A stretch of 64,000 nucleotides of DNA from Candidatus Bathyarchaeota archaeon (lineage in GTDB: Archaea > Thermoproteota > Bathyarchaeia > 40CM-2-53-6), in contig CAVSBL010000002.1 of assembly GCA_963726255.1 (NCBI GenBank), positions 96,001-160,000 on the forward strand. Direction: 5' to 3'. The translations under genes were made by a program, and so were the position numbers. The notes beneath the pieces were generated by a model. The model saw only the letters and a list, made by a program, of their open reading frames with translations. It was not told the DNA's origin and searched no databases. This document shows, piece by piece, positions 20,773 through 30,338 of the stretch; position 1 is the stretch's first letter, and each line of letters opens with the position of its first letter.

Positions 20773-21594
20773 ATGGCCTTGGGTATTAGGATAGGGTGCA
20801 GTGGCTGGTCATACGCCGATTGGGTCGGGCCATTCTACCCGAAGGATACTACGCCTCACGATTACTTGAAACTGTATTCGGGTGTCTTTGATTGTGTAGA
20901 GATTGATTCCACGTTTTACCGCACGCCGTCCCCAGCGATGGTGCAGCAATGGAATAGTGCTACCCCATCGGGTTTCTTGTTCGCGCCGAAGCTACCGAAA
21001 CGGATTACACACGACCAGCACCTGAAGGAAGTTTCATCTTATCTTGAGCACTTCGTCAGAACCTTAGCTCAGTTGCGGGAGAAGCTTGGGCCATTCGTCG
21101 TACAGCTCCCACCATCCTTCAAAATTCCTAAGCATGAGAAGGCCTTAGCCGACTTTATCGGAACCCTTGACCCACAGTATAAGTACGCTATAGAATTCCG
21201 TCACAAATCCTGGTTTAATCCGACCGTGGAAAAGCTGCTCCGAAGCAGGAACATCTGCCAAGTCTGGTCAGTTAACCAATACTTGACAACGCCGCCTACC
21301 GTGACCTCAGACTTCGTCTACATGCGCTTCGTCGGGGACCGAGAACTCACCAAATTCGGGAAGGTACAGAAGGATCAATCTAAGGTCACAAAGACCTGGA
21401 GTCAGACACTGCAAGAAGTTGGTGATGAGGTTAAGGACCGATTCATTTTCTTCAATAACCACTTCGCCGGTTTTGGCCCTGCCTCCGTGAACGAATTCAG
21501 GAGGCTAATGGGGCTGGTGCAGCTTGATTGGTCAGACTTGAAAGAACCTCAGGGCCCGCAGAAAACTCTCTTCGACTTCTCCAAACCACGCTAG
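20773..21594 (+). CDS. DUF72 (YecE-like) TIM-barrel protein
   Basis: IGCSGWSY, VEIDSTFY, QLPPSF, EFRHKSW, FFNNH. Confidence 0.9.
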   Translation: MALGIRIGCSGWSYADWVGPFYPKDTTPHDYLKLYSGVFDCVEIDSTFYRTPSPAMVQQWNSATPSGFLFAPKLPKRITHDQHLKEVSSYLEHFVRTLAQLREKLGPFVVQLPPSFKIPKHEKALADFIGTLDPQYKYAIEFRHKSWFNPTVEKLLRSRNICQVWSVNQYLTTPPTVTSDFVYMRFVGDRELTKFGKVQKDQSKVTKTWSQTLQEVGDEVKDRFIFFNNHFAGFGPASVNEFRRLMGLVQLDWSDLKEPQGPQKTLFDFSKPR

Positions 21595-21612
21595 TCTAAT
21601 GTTGGAGTCAAG

Positions 21613-22710
21613 TTGGCGCGCGTAATATTTCACGTTGATCTGGATGCTTTCTATGCTTCGGTGGAGCAAAGGGAGAACCCATCCCTACGTGGCGTCCCAC
21701 TCATTATTGGCGCCGATCCTAAAGCGGGAAAGGGCAGGGGCGTTGTTGTTGCCTGTTCCTATGAAGCGAGAAAGTTTGGGCTTCACTCGGGCCAGCCCAT
21801 TTCTAGAGCTTACAGACTATGCCCGCGAGGCGTGTATGTTCCACCCAACCTCGCATTATACGGCCAAGTTTCCGCAGATGTTATGGAGCGAATCAAGAAG
21901 TATGCTGATAGATTTGAGCAGGTGAGCATAGACGAAGCATACTTGGATGTGACTGAAGGCAGCAAACGTTACGGTAGCCCTATTGAACTGGCTAAGCTGA
22001 TTAAAGCTGACGTCAAGGAACATGAGGGGCTCACCTGCTCTATCGGAATAGCTCCGAACAAATCTACCGCGAAGATAGCTTCAGATTTCAAGAAGCCTGA
22101 TGGCCTAACGTACGTGGAGCCCGCTCATGTCAAGGATTTCCTCGCTCCACTACCAGTTTCCAAGATAAGCGGGGTTGGAAAGAAGACAGAGCTAAGGCTC
22201 AACCAACTTGGAATCAAAACCATAGGTGACCTTGCGAAATACCCACCGAAAAACCTCCTCAAAGAGTTCGGCAAATCCGCAGTCTGGCTCTGGGCCATAG
22301 CCAACGGCGAAGAGCAGGTGGAAGTTCAAGAGAATTATGTTATGAAATCCATTGGGGCCGAGCACACGTTTGACATCGACACGGATGACTGGGTTGCGAT
22401 AGATCGTCAACTCCTCGACCTAATCGACCTTGTCTACAAGAGATTGATTGACGAAAGTATGTCTTTTCGTACCGTAACGTTGAAGATTAGGTTCGTTGGC
22501 TTCGAGACTTATACCCGAGCAAAAACACTGCGATTCACAGCTTCGAACAAGGACGCAATCGTCGAATCAATACGATTTCTCGTAGAAGAGTTCAAGAATC
22601 ATCCAAAGAAGGTACGACTTCTCGGTGTCAGGTTATCCGGCTTAGAGGAGAAAGCTGGGAAACGGGCAGCGAAGAATACCTTGGATGCCTTTGGCGCGAG
22701 TCGGCCTTAG
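21613..22710 (+). CDS. dinB: Y-family DNA polymerase IV (DinB/Dpo4)
   Basis: FHVDLDAFYASVE, SYEAR, SIDEAYLD, AKIASDFKKPDG, GVGKK. Confidence 0.95.
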   Translation: MARVIFHVDLDAFYASVEQRENPSLRGVPLIIGADPKAGKGRGVVVACSYEARKFGLHSGQPISRAYRLCPRGVYVPPNLALYGQVSADVMERIKKYADRFEQVSIDEAYLDVTEGSKRYGSPIELAKLIKADVKEHEGLTCSIGIAPNKSTAKIASDFKKPDGLTYVEPAHVKDFLAPLPVSKISGVGKKTELRLNQLGIKTIGDLAKYPPKNLLKEFGKSAVWLWAIANGEEQVEVQENYVMKSIGAEHTFDIDTDDWVAIDRQLLDLIDLVYKRLIDESMSFRTVTLKIRFVGFETYTRAKTLRFTASNKDAIVESIRFLVEEFKNHPKKVRLLGVRLSGLEEKAGKRAAKNTLDAFGASRP

Positions 22711-23687
22711 CTTGTTAGCTTCAATTCTGGTAGAATGTGGTTCACTGTGGCGCGCAGGGCTTCTATCTCCTGAGGGTGCATCCGTCGTAGCGGGAGCTTC
22801 ACGTAGCCGCTCCTCAGCCCCCTCATCTTCAGAGTCTCCAGGATTGGTGCAATAGGAGGTGTAGACAAGACATTGCGAATTGCGCGCATTTTCATTTGAA
22901 CAGTCTTTCCTTTCTCCAAATCTTTCGCTTTGTACGCTTCGTACAATTCAACAAAATGTTCGGGAAAAGCGTTCGCAATCGCCGACACGCCTCCGTGAAC
23001 GCCCGCGCAGAAGGCTGAAAACAAATACGAGTCCGTTCCAGTGATGACATTGAACTCATCGGGAACTATGCGCAGGTAATCCAACAGCTGCGTGAAATCG
23101 CCGCTGCTATCTTTGATTCCAACAACTTTCGGAATCCTACTCAGCCTCTCGAGTAACTTGGCGTTGACATTGAACCCTGTATTTGGGGGGATATTGTAGA
23201 CAAACAAGGGGAGGTCCGTGGCGCGGGATATTTTCTCATAGTACTCGATAATTGCATCTTCCCCCGGATGATAGTAGAACGGGGTCAGGCTGGCCACGGC
23301 GTCGGCCCCAATGTTTTCAGCGTGGCGTGCCAGTTCTAGGCTAGCGTTCGGGTCAGATGCGCCTACCTGCACGATGACCGGGACGCGGCCATTCGTTTCT
23401 TCCACAACAACCTCCGCAACTCGTTTTCTCTCACTCGTCTCCATCGCCGGACCCATCCCAGTAGTTCCAAGCGGGTAGAAGCCGTTAACTCTGCTTCTCA
23501 ACTGGAATTGAACAATTTCGCGTAATGCCTCTTCATCAACCTCACCGTTCTGTGCAAAAGGCGTCACAAGGGCTGTAACAATGCCTCGGAGCTTGAAGTT
23601 GTTCGCCATCGAGCTAGTTCGCCGCGAAAGGCGTTTGTAACCGTAACTAAAATGCGTTAGTATTCTCAGAGAATCGCGACCCAGCAA
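22707..23687 (-). CDS. Dihydrodipicolinate synthase-family aldolase (DapA/KDG aldolase-like; start likely 23609)
   Basis: TPF, GTTG, YNIP, GIKDS Schiff-base lysine. Confidence 0.88.
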   Translation of the reverse strand: MLGRDSLRILTHFSYGYKRLSRRTSSMANNFKLRGIVTALVTPFAQNGEVDEEALREIVQFQLRSRVNGFYPLGTTGMGPAMETSERKRVAEVVVEETNGRVPVIVQVGASDPNASLELARHAENIGADAVASLTPFYYHPGEDAIIEYYEKISRATDLPLFVYNIPPNTGFNVNAKLLERLSRIPKVVGIKDSSGDFTQLLDYLRIVPDEFNVITGTDSYLFSAFCAGVHGGVSAIANAFPEHFVELYEAYKAKDLEKGKTVQMKMRAIRNVLSTPPIAPILETLKMRGLRSGYVKLPLRRMHPQEIEALRATVNHILPELKLTS

Positions 23688-23740
23688 TTAGGGCCCGAAT
23701 TGTTCAACGATAGCTTCAAAGCCGAGAATGGTTCCCGGCC

Positions 23741-24094
23741 ATGTTCATGGAATATCGAATGAAATTGCATTCGGCAGATTTCGATGGCAAACGGTTGAAG
23801 AGCACGGGAACAATCCCTGTACTATTCTATGCACAATGGTGCCCTTTCTGCAGAAGTTTCGATCCAAAGTTCGAGGCTGCGATGAACGGTAAGGGCGTGC
23901 GTTGGGCGGAGGTTGACATCAGCGACGATGAGGATCCGCTCTGGGAAACTTTCAACATAAACGTCGTCCCGACGGTAATTGTCTTCAAAGACGGCCAACC
24001 AATCTTCAGAAGGGATGGTTTACTCGGACGTGGCCTGTCGGAGAAGGCAATCGAAGAGACTCTTCAGGAGATCGAGACGCATGCAACACACTAG
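23741..24094 (+). CDS. Thioredoxin-family protein
   Basis: FYAQWCPFC active site; VPT cis-proline motif. Confidence 0.88.
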   Translation: MFMEYRMKLHSADFDGKRLKSTGTIPVLFYAQWCPFCRSFDPKFEAAMNGKGVRWAEVDISDDEDPLWETFNINVVPTVIVFKDGQPIFRRDGLLGRGLSEKAIEETLQEIETHATH

Positions 24095-24099
24095 ACGTT

Positions 24100-24399
24100 C
24101 TAACCATCGCACTCATACACAGTTTCACGGTCAAGTGGTTTGCCCTTCCTAAACCTCCATATTTCGACTGTTCCATGGAAAGCCTCTCCCCATAGCTTCA
24201 GCGTCTTACGGTCTTCGTCTGTAGCTCTGCCTTCTCCGCTTTTCACTTGAACCATCAACATGCGCCCTCCGCGGCCAGCGAAAATATCAACTGGACCGTG
24301 AGAGGCTGCGCTTCTACTGCAAAACCAGCCTTCCTTCCTCAACATGCGTAGGACTTGGTATTCGCGGCTCCTGCCTCTAGTGTATGGGGTAGATACCAT
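24100..24399 (-). CDS. Hjc-like Holliday junction resolvase / PD-(D/E)xK nuclease
   Basis: GRSRE...GWF..RSAASHGPVDIFA...VQVKS. Confidence 0.8.
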   Translation of the reverse strand: MVSTPYTRGRSREYQVLRMLRKEGWFCSRSAASHGPVDIFAGRGGRMLMVQVKSGEGRATDEDRKTLKLWGEAFHGTVEIWRFRKGKPLDRETVYECDG

Positions 24400-24493
24400 C
24401 TATCTTCCAATCCCTCTGGATGCTCAATTCTCCACCATGAATGTGTGCTATTCGCACCGGCCCAACGAGTTTACAATTAACGCAGATATGTGA

Positions 24494-24542
24494 AATACTT
24501 AACACCACTCTATAGTGTTGGTTAAAACACGTTTTTTGACTC
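24494..24542 (+). repeat. Motif A copy 1 (semi-palindromic site)
   Basis: aatacttaacaccactctatagtgttggttaaaacac is identical over 37 bp to 28160-28196, and 46/49 when extended. Confidence 0.9.
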
Positions 24543-24667
24543 AGCAGATTGCTTAATCAAGTAAATCAGCTCATTAGTGCTGGTAAAATCCAAAATTCTG
24601 TGAGAATCTAGTACTGATCTCTTTCCAACCTAGTTTACCTAGTGTTTAATGGAAGTCTAGAAGATGA

Positions 24668-24691
24668 GTTCAAATTTGCTTGCCCGCACCA
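24668..24691 (+). pseudogene. Degenerate tRNA(Leu-like) 3'-end remnant
   Basis: G-TTCAAAT-ttgct-TGCCCGC-A-CCA has exact T-loop/5/7/discriminator/CCA spacing; 24668-24699 matches the reverse complement of 30298-30329 at 29/32. Confidence 0.6.
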
Positions 24692-24723
24692 GCTGACCCA
24701 CACACAAATCTGATTACCCTTGT

Positions 24724-25215
24724 GTGAGAGTTTGTTTCAGGCAGTATCCCTTGGAATCATCATCTGTGATTATTCGTAACTACGTGAAAGAGAGCGACTT
24801 GCAAGGATGCGCTTTCTTGTTGAGAGAGTTGACCGAGTGGCATCGCGAAATGTATGAAAACCCGCTCACTAAGTGGGGTCCCATAGAGAGTGACTATGAC
24901 AGAGATCTAGATACCGTGGATCCAAGCCTGTTTTGGGTTGTTGTCCACGGTTCCAAAGTCATAGGAATGGTTGGACTTCTCAAGGAAGGAAGGTGGGGAA
25001 AGGACGCCGAAGTCGAGCCCATCATGGTCACCCGGGAATTTTCCCTTGAATGCCATGTCAAGGATAGAAGGGAGCATTGCGTCTCCGATTCGGAACTACG
25101 GGTAGGTTATGAGCCCTTTCTCTTCAAGCGTTCCTTGCAGTTTTGCGATGGATCTGTGTACCTCCGCCTCTTTCTTGCCGCCCGTACAAACGAGCTTTCC
25201 GCTTCCGAAGATTAG
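24724..25215 (+). pseudogene. Truncated GNAT acetyltransferase
   Basis: IIRNY...DL, FWVVVHGSKVIGMVGL, EVEPIMV, then loses the acetyl-CoA GxG loop and runs antisense into tbp. Confidence 0.6.
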
Positions 25216-25665
25216 TATGACTACTTTCGGGTCTTCCATTCTGTAGATGAGGCCGGGGAACTGTTCGGGTTCATACATCGTATGTCTGAGTGAATAGGTC
25301 GCCTTTTCCAAATCAATATGGCCGCCTAAACCTGCCGAAGCCACTATGTTTTGAACCTGAATCTCAGGCTTACTCAGAATGACGATCCCGTTACGGTTGA
25401 GCTCGTCCGCAACTTTCGCGACGGCCTTGTGAGCCTGCCGCTCCGACTTCGTCCCAGTGCAGACCATTTTACCCGAGCCGAAGATCAACGTAGTGGACTT
25501 CGGTTTCTTCAATCGATATACTAAACCGGGAAATTGTTCAGGCCGATATTCGACGCCAGGGAACACGCGCACAATAGAGTTCAGGTCAATATTCTGGTGG
25601 AGATTACCTGTCGCGACCACGTTCTCTATGCTGATGTACGCTTTGTGTTCGGCCAGAGGGCGCAC
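25096..25665 (-). CDS. tbp: TATA-box binding protein
   Basis: Two direct repeats NVVA/NIVA...Y(R/E)PEQFPGL(V/I)YR...LIFGSGK(M/L)VCTG. Confidence 0.96.
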   Translation of the reverse strand: MRPLAEHKAYISIENVVATGNLHQNIDLNSIVRVFPGVEYRPEQFPGLVYRLKKPKSTTLIFGSGKMVCTGTKSERQAHKAVAKVADELNRNGIVILSKPEIQVQNIVASAGLGGHIDLEKATYSLRHTMYEPEQFPGLIYRMEDPKVVILIFGSGKLVCTGGKKEAEVHRSIAKLQGTLEEKGLITYP

Positions 25666-25676
25666 CCGAGTGATAC

Positions 25677-26087
25677 TTAAGGTGCGCTTTGTGAAGGAAG
25701 CCTATCTATCATCCGCCTCTCGTGAACCTCGAAATAGTGTCGGTATCCTTTCGCGTCCTCCTCGTAATCATACTTCGTCAGCGTACGCCGGTCTATGTAC
25801 AAACCTGACCCAAGGTGATCCATCTGCATATTTCTTGTGCGAGTTGTCTGAACATCGAGAATGTCCACGTAGTTCAGCCCCTTACCCGGCTTCCACTCCG
25901 TGACTGGAGAGGGCTCACTCATCGTGATGAGCTTCAAGAAGTGTCTGGGAGAACGCTGTTCACTGTGGCCACCTCGACAAGCAAAAACCTTTGAGTCCAT
26001 GAAATCATTGAAATGCTCATAGCTTCCGGTGAACTCAAACCGGACACCGCATTTTTGGCAGCAACACAAGAAGACACGATTTGACAT
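25677..26087 (-). CDS. Zinc-binding hypothetical protein
   Basis: CQKCG...CRGGH; co-oriented 11 bp upstream of tbp. Confidence 0.6.
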   Translation of the reverse strand: MSNRVFLCCCQKCGVRFEFTGSYEHFNDFMDSKVFACRGGHSEQRSPRHFLKLITMSEPSPVTEWKPGKGLNYVDILDVQTTRTRNMQMDHLGSGLYIDRRTLTKYDYEEDAKGYRHYFEVHERRMIDRLPSQSAP

Positions 26088-26703
26088 GGGCCTCTATAGT
26101 CCGCTCACCTAATAGACGTCCCTACCAGGAATCTCAAACAGCAAGCCATCAAATCCGCCACAAGAACCGAAGTGTTGTTTGCGACATCACTGAGAGCCAA
26201 CATGCTATTCTACCACGAATTCTGTAGTTATCCTAATCGAAATCCAAACCGCTCCGTCTGCTTATGTGTACCGGATAGCCAGGACGTGCGATCTTAGGAA
26301 CTAATCAGCAAGAGAAGAGCCCGCACCACTAGCCCCACCCCCCCAAAGTCCAGAAAACTTTTGAGAAAGAACCTGACTTTATACCAATTGCTAACAAGTC
26401 CCGAGCCCCGGCCAGGGCGATGACGGAACCAACTCTAAAACAGAATGTACCAAGAATTGAACAAGACTTGGCCCTAATGGCCATAATGATTTAGCAGAAA
26501 ACTTCTAAATCACGAATTTCGTTGTGAACTCTACTTGTCTTTCTATCCTTATATTGAACCAAGGCGAGAATGCACAAAGTTAGTTGTCGAGAACGAGAGG
26601 CACGAGTCATTTGCAACGATTGACCGCATGTTCTTCTTCTTGATGCAACTGACCGAAGTCGCCGAAGTCTGAGGAAACAACCGAAATCTCGTTCCGACGA
26701 TAA

Positions 26704-28017
26704 GTGAAAGACGGAACCAGTCTTCGGTCTTCATCTTGGACCCGCGACGTGGAAGATAAGGAGAAAAAATCTGTGAGTACTTTCGAGAAACTGGGTTTAA
26801 GCCCAGAAATATTGGATGCTATCAAAGCACTTGGATTCGAGCGACAGTTTCCGATCCAAGAAGCAACGATTCCGCTTCTGCAACACGGAACCGATGTGAT
26901 TGGTCAAGCTCATACCGGAACTGGAAAAACCGCAGCCTTCGGGATACCGCTCCTAGAGATCGTTGACGAAAAGAACCTGAATATTCAAGCGCTGGTGCTC
27001 GTTCCGACACGCGAGCTTGCAGTGCAAGTAGCAGGCGACATCAACTCGTATGGCAGATTCACTCGCAAGCGTGCTCTTGCAATCTATGGTGGTCAATCAA
27101 TTAATGTTCAAATACGCGCCTTAGAAGATTGCCCGCAGATCATAGTTGGAACACCCGGGCGAGTCATCGACCATATAGAACGTGGATCCCTTCACCTTGA
27201 AAAAGTTCAGTGCGTTGTTCTGGATGAGGCTGACAGGTTGCTGGACATGGGCTTCATTCATGACGTTGAGCATATCCTAACTAAGACTAGAAGTAAACGT
27301 CAAATCGCGTTCTTCTCCGCAACGATGCCCAAAGAAGTACTGAAACTTGCCCGCAGGCATATGAAGAACCCTCGCGAAATCCTGATCGAACCGGAGGATT
27401 TCAACGTCAAGGAAATCAGCCAATACTACTACCAAGTTGACCATGAAAGAAAACTTGATGCGCTCCTAAGAATCCTGCAGGACAAAGAAGTACAACGTGC
27501 CATAGTTTTCTGTCGAACCAAACGCAGCACATTCTGGCTGAACCAATCACTCGGGAGAAGAAATCAAGACGCCATAGCACTAAACGGCGACCTCACCCAA
27601 CATCAACGCGATAGAGCAATGAACGCATTTCGAAGCGGTCACAGCCGTATACTGGTTGCCACTGACCTAGCGGGAAGAGGTTTAGACATTGACGGAGTTA
27701 CACACATCATCAACTATGACGTCCCTCAGAATCCGTACACTTACTTCCACAGGATTGGTCGAACCGGACGAGCTGGAAAAACAGGAACCGCAGTGACGAT
27801 AGTATCCGCGGAGCAAAATGGCGACTTTCGGGCAATACAATCGATGGCAGACGACCGGATTGAGCGACTTAACTTCACCTCTGGCCCTGGGGGAGAGAGG
27901 AATCGTGGATATCTAGTGGTGAAACTCGTCGCGCGTTCGGGGGAAGATCACGATACCCAAGGCACCGCCGCCGTTCAAACTATCGATATTCGCGCCGCTG
28001 AAGCTGCGCATTCATGA
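26704..28017 (+). CDS. DEAD-box RNA helicase (CshA/DeaD-like; start likely 26773)
   Basis: Q motif, AHTGTGKT, PTRELA, TPGR, DEAD, SAT, HRIGRTGRAG. Confidence 0.95.
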   Translation: MKDGTSLRSSSWTRDVEDKEKKSVSTFEKLGLSPEILDAIKALGFERQFPIQEATIPLLQHGTDVIGQAHTGTGKTAAFGIPLLEIVDEKNLNIQALVLVPTRELAVQVAGDINSYGRFTRKRALAIYGGQSINVQIRALEDCPQIIVGTPGRVIDHIERGSLHLEKVQCVVLDEADRLLDMGFIHDVEHILTKTRSKRQIAFFSATMPKEVLKLARRHMKNPREILIEPEDFNVKEISQYYYQVDHERKLDALLRILQDKEVQRAIVFCRTKRSTFWLNQSLGRRNQDAIALNGDLTQHQRDRAMNAFRSGHSRILVATDLAGRGLDIDGVTHIINYDVPQNPYTYFHRIGRTGRAGKTGTAVTIVSAEQNGDFRAIQSMADDRIERLNFTSGPGGERNRGYLVVKLVARSGEDHDTQGTAAVQTIDIRAAEAAHS

Positions 28018-28106
28018 AATACTGTAGCGGCTAGTATCCTATACTTCTATACTACCGTAAAATGAACAAACACATCCTACCATTTCGCCCCGAAGGGGCG
28101 CGGCGA

Positions 28107-28142
28107 AGTGTGTGTGTGCGTACCACTCGACCCACACACACT
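28107..28142 (+). repeat. Motif B (GT/AC hairpin) copy 1
   Basis: agtgtgtgtg...cacacacact stem; 28111-28142 matches the reverse complement of 30339-30370 at 27/32; preceded by a cgcccc-gaa-ggggcg hairpin. Confidence 0.8.
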
Positions 28143-28159
28143 ACTGAGCGAATGAGGAT

Positions 28160-28208
28160 AATACTTAACACCACTCTATAGTGTTGGTTAAAACACAATT
28201 CTTGACTC
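28160..28208 (+). repeat. Motif A copy 2
   Basis: Direct repeat of 24494-24542. Confidence 0.9.
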
Positions 28209-28267
28209 CAAAGGCTCAGCGAACGACAAACTTCCGGGGTTCATCCGGTCAAGCGCAGAAAAACACG

Positions 28268-28295
28268 GGGGTTCAAATCCCACCCCCGGCGCCAA
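28268..28295 (+). pseudogene. tRNA(Ser-like) 3'-end fragment (att-like)
   Basis: GGGGG-TTCAAAT-CCCAC-CCCCGGC-G-CCA; no intact anticodon arm upstream. Confidence 0.8.
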
Positions 28296-28330
28296 GGCAT
28301 GAACGCGCGGATTTCACAGTTTTCGAGGGA

Positions 28331-30022
28331 TTAATCGCAGGCGGGTCGTGGATTCCACAACTTTGACAATAGACTGCCCCCACTCTTCGGAGCTTGAGCC
28401 GCTTGTGTTGGCCCGCTTGGTTTTCTGCGCCTGGAGGCGACGATAACCGCACCGACGAGTAGGATGACGGCAGCGAGTATCAGCAATTGGTTTTGCTGAA
28501 GCATGCTCGTCAAATCTCCGACCACTGGGCTGGGAGCCTGCGTGCTTGTTTGAGTTGATGTCTGTGTGGCTGGATTAATGTTCAGGACGAGGTTGGCAGC
28601 TCTGTTTACTCCACCGCCAGCCCCGGTTACTATTAATGTGAATGGTCCGGTGGGTGCGTTCGCTGGGAGCGTAACTGTAAGCGCTGAAGTAAAGTCTGGG
28701 GTTCCGGATGTAACGGTGAAAACCCCGTTGGCGCCGGACGGTAATCCTGACACGGACAAAGTGACTTGCGAGTTGAAACCGTTCAAACCGACCACGCTGA
28801 CCTGGTATGTGGTTGTTCCTCCCTGGGTCGATGTCTGGGATGGGGGGTTCACGTCTATTCTGAAGTCTGGTGACTGCCCAACCGTTAGCATGAATGCGGC
28901 TGTGTGTGATGTTGTTCCAGCGGTGCCCGTGATCGTTAAGGTGTACTTTCCAGAGGCCGCAGACGCTGTTGTTGTGATGGAGAGTATTGAACTGAACTTT
29001 GGCGTCCCTGATTTCGGATTCAGCGACGCAGAGACTCCCTTCGGAGCGCCAGTAACTTTCAAAGCCACGTTCTGGGACGTTCCCGATAACAGGCCGACCG
29101 TAACCGTTGAGGTTGTGCTTGCTCCGGGTGTGATGGTCCGTTGCGCTGGTGAGGCTGAGATGGAGAAGTCGAAGGGCTGTACCGTCTTCACCGTCAGAAG
29201 AGCGTTCGCCTGATGCTTCACGCCATGCGAAGAGCCGGTGAGAGTGACAGGGTAACTGCCCGGGGGAGTTGAGCTGGAGGTTGAAACCCGTAGGGTGGGT
29301 GGACTTGGTATCACCTGGTAATTCATTCCCGGGCCCAGGCCCGAGACCTGAATGTTGATGGTAGTACCGCTGTAGGAGGGGTCGCTGTAGGATATGAGGA
29401 CCTGAAACGTCGCAGTGTCACCCTGCTTCACCGTAACAATAGCCGGGGACAACCCGAGGCTGAAATCGAACGGGGTTGTCGCGGAGGTTATAATGACGTG
29501 TGTCACAGCGGTTTTCACGGCGGTTGTCGCGGAGGTTGTCGCCGCGGTTGTCGCGGAGGTTACAATGACGTGTGTGGGGGGAGCCACTTGGACCACTTGG
29601 AAGTAAGCAGATCCCAGTGCTACTATTTCGCCGCTACCTGACTCATCGACACCCACCACGGCAATATAGTTATTTCCAGGAGTGCTTAGGCCGGGAGGGG
29701 ATACTCGGTAAGTCAACTCGGGTGCTACGTTCATGATGGGTGCACTATCCCAAATGTGCGGATATGCCAAAGCGGGGCTCTTGCTCCAGTCATAAGTTGT
29801 AATACTTACGCGGGCAATTTCCATACCCGTCCACGCTATCCCAGCAGTTGCGATCCGGAAAGCAATCGTGAACGACTGGCCTACGGCCACAGATGTTGGA
29901 CTAACAGATACGTAAACAGTCCCCCCAGGCGCATTTACGGCCATAGTAACACCGCCCACCGACACGGCAAATAGGAGCAAAATCGCTAGACCGGATCTAG
30001 CTCGCAAAATCTCAATACTCAT
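28331..30022 (-). CDS. Ser/Thr-rich cell-surface protein with tandem Ig-like repeats and a C-terminal TM
   Basis: Signal peptide; three (F/P)DF..(S/N)P...G.T repeats; TM plus RRRK; C-terminal zinc ribbon (YCQSCG) sits out of frame. Confidence 0.8.
   Translation of the reverse strand: MSIEILRARSGLAILLLFAVSVGGVTMAVNAPGGTVYVSVSPTSVAVGQSFTIAFRIATAGIAWTGMEIARVSITTYDWSKSPALAYPHIWDSAPIMNVAPELTYRVSPPGLSTPGNNYIAVVGVDESGSGEIVALGSAYFQVVQVAPPTHVIVTSATTAATTSATTAVKTAVTHVIITSATTPFDFSLGLSPAIVTVKQGDTATFQVLISYSDPSYSGTTINIQVSGLGPGMNYQVIPSPPTLRVSTSSSTPPGSYPVTLTGSSHGVKHQANALLTVKTVQPFDFSISASPAQRTITPGASTTSTVTVGLLSGTSQNVALKVTGAPKGVSASLNPKSGTPKFSSILSITTTASAASGKYTLTITGTAGTTSHTAAFMLTVGQSPDFRIDVNPPSQTSTQGGTTTYQVSVVGLNGFNSQVTLSVSGLPSGANGVFTVTSGTPDFTSALTVTLPANAPTGPFTLIVTGAGGGVNRAANLVLNINPATQTSTQTSTQAPSPVVGDLTSMLQQNQLLILAAVILLVGAVIVASRRRKPSGPTQAAQAPKSGGSLLSKLWNPRPACD
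29474..29575. repeat. Intragenic tandem repeats encoding a T(S/A)ATT linker
   Basis: Repeated ggttgtcgcggaggtt units and a duplicated (ta/ca)atgacgtgtgt. Confidence 0.7.
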
Positions 30023-30305
30023 TCTCGTGAGTGGTAATTAATGGGCCGCGACGCTATTTGACACTTTGCATGAAACGTTCGAGAAATTGAGAGAACCGAA
30101 AACTCGACACGGGAGAACGAAGGCGCTGTTCATTGAAGCACCGACAAACCTACACACCCTCAAGAACGTCACTTTCTCTGATTGTCCTGAATTCTGTCAG
30201 CCAGACAGTCGCCACGGCAAAACCCAACCTCGCACGCGACAACAGAAGGACAGCTATGCGAGGGTTAGCGCGCACGCGTAAATCCCCCGAGCGTGTGGGG
30301 TCAGC

Positions 30306-30329
30306 TGCTACGGGCAGGCAAATTTGAAC
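30306..30329 (-). pseudogene. Degenerate tRNA(Leu-like) 3'-end remnant, second copy
   Basis: Minus strand GTTCAAAT-ttgcc-TGCCCGT-A-GCA, homologous to 24668-24691. Confidence 0.5.
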
Positions 30330-30338
30330 CGTATTTTC

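Noticed and set aside
24494-24530. Replication origin ORB element
   Set aside because: Does not match the ORB consensus (TCCA..GAAA plus G-string) and no cdc6/orc1 gene is adjacent.
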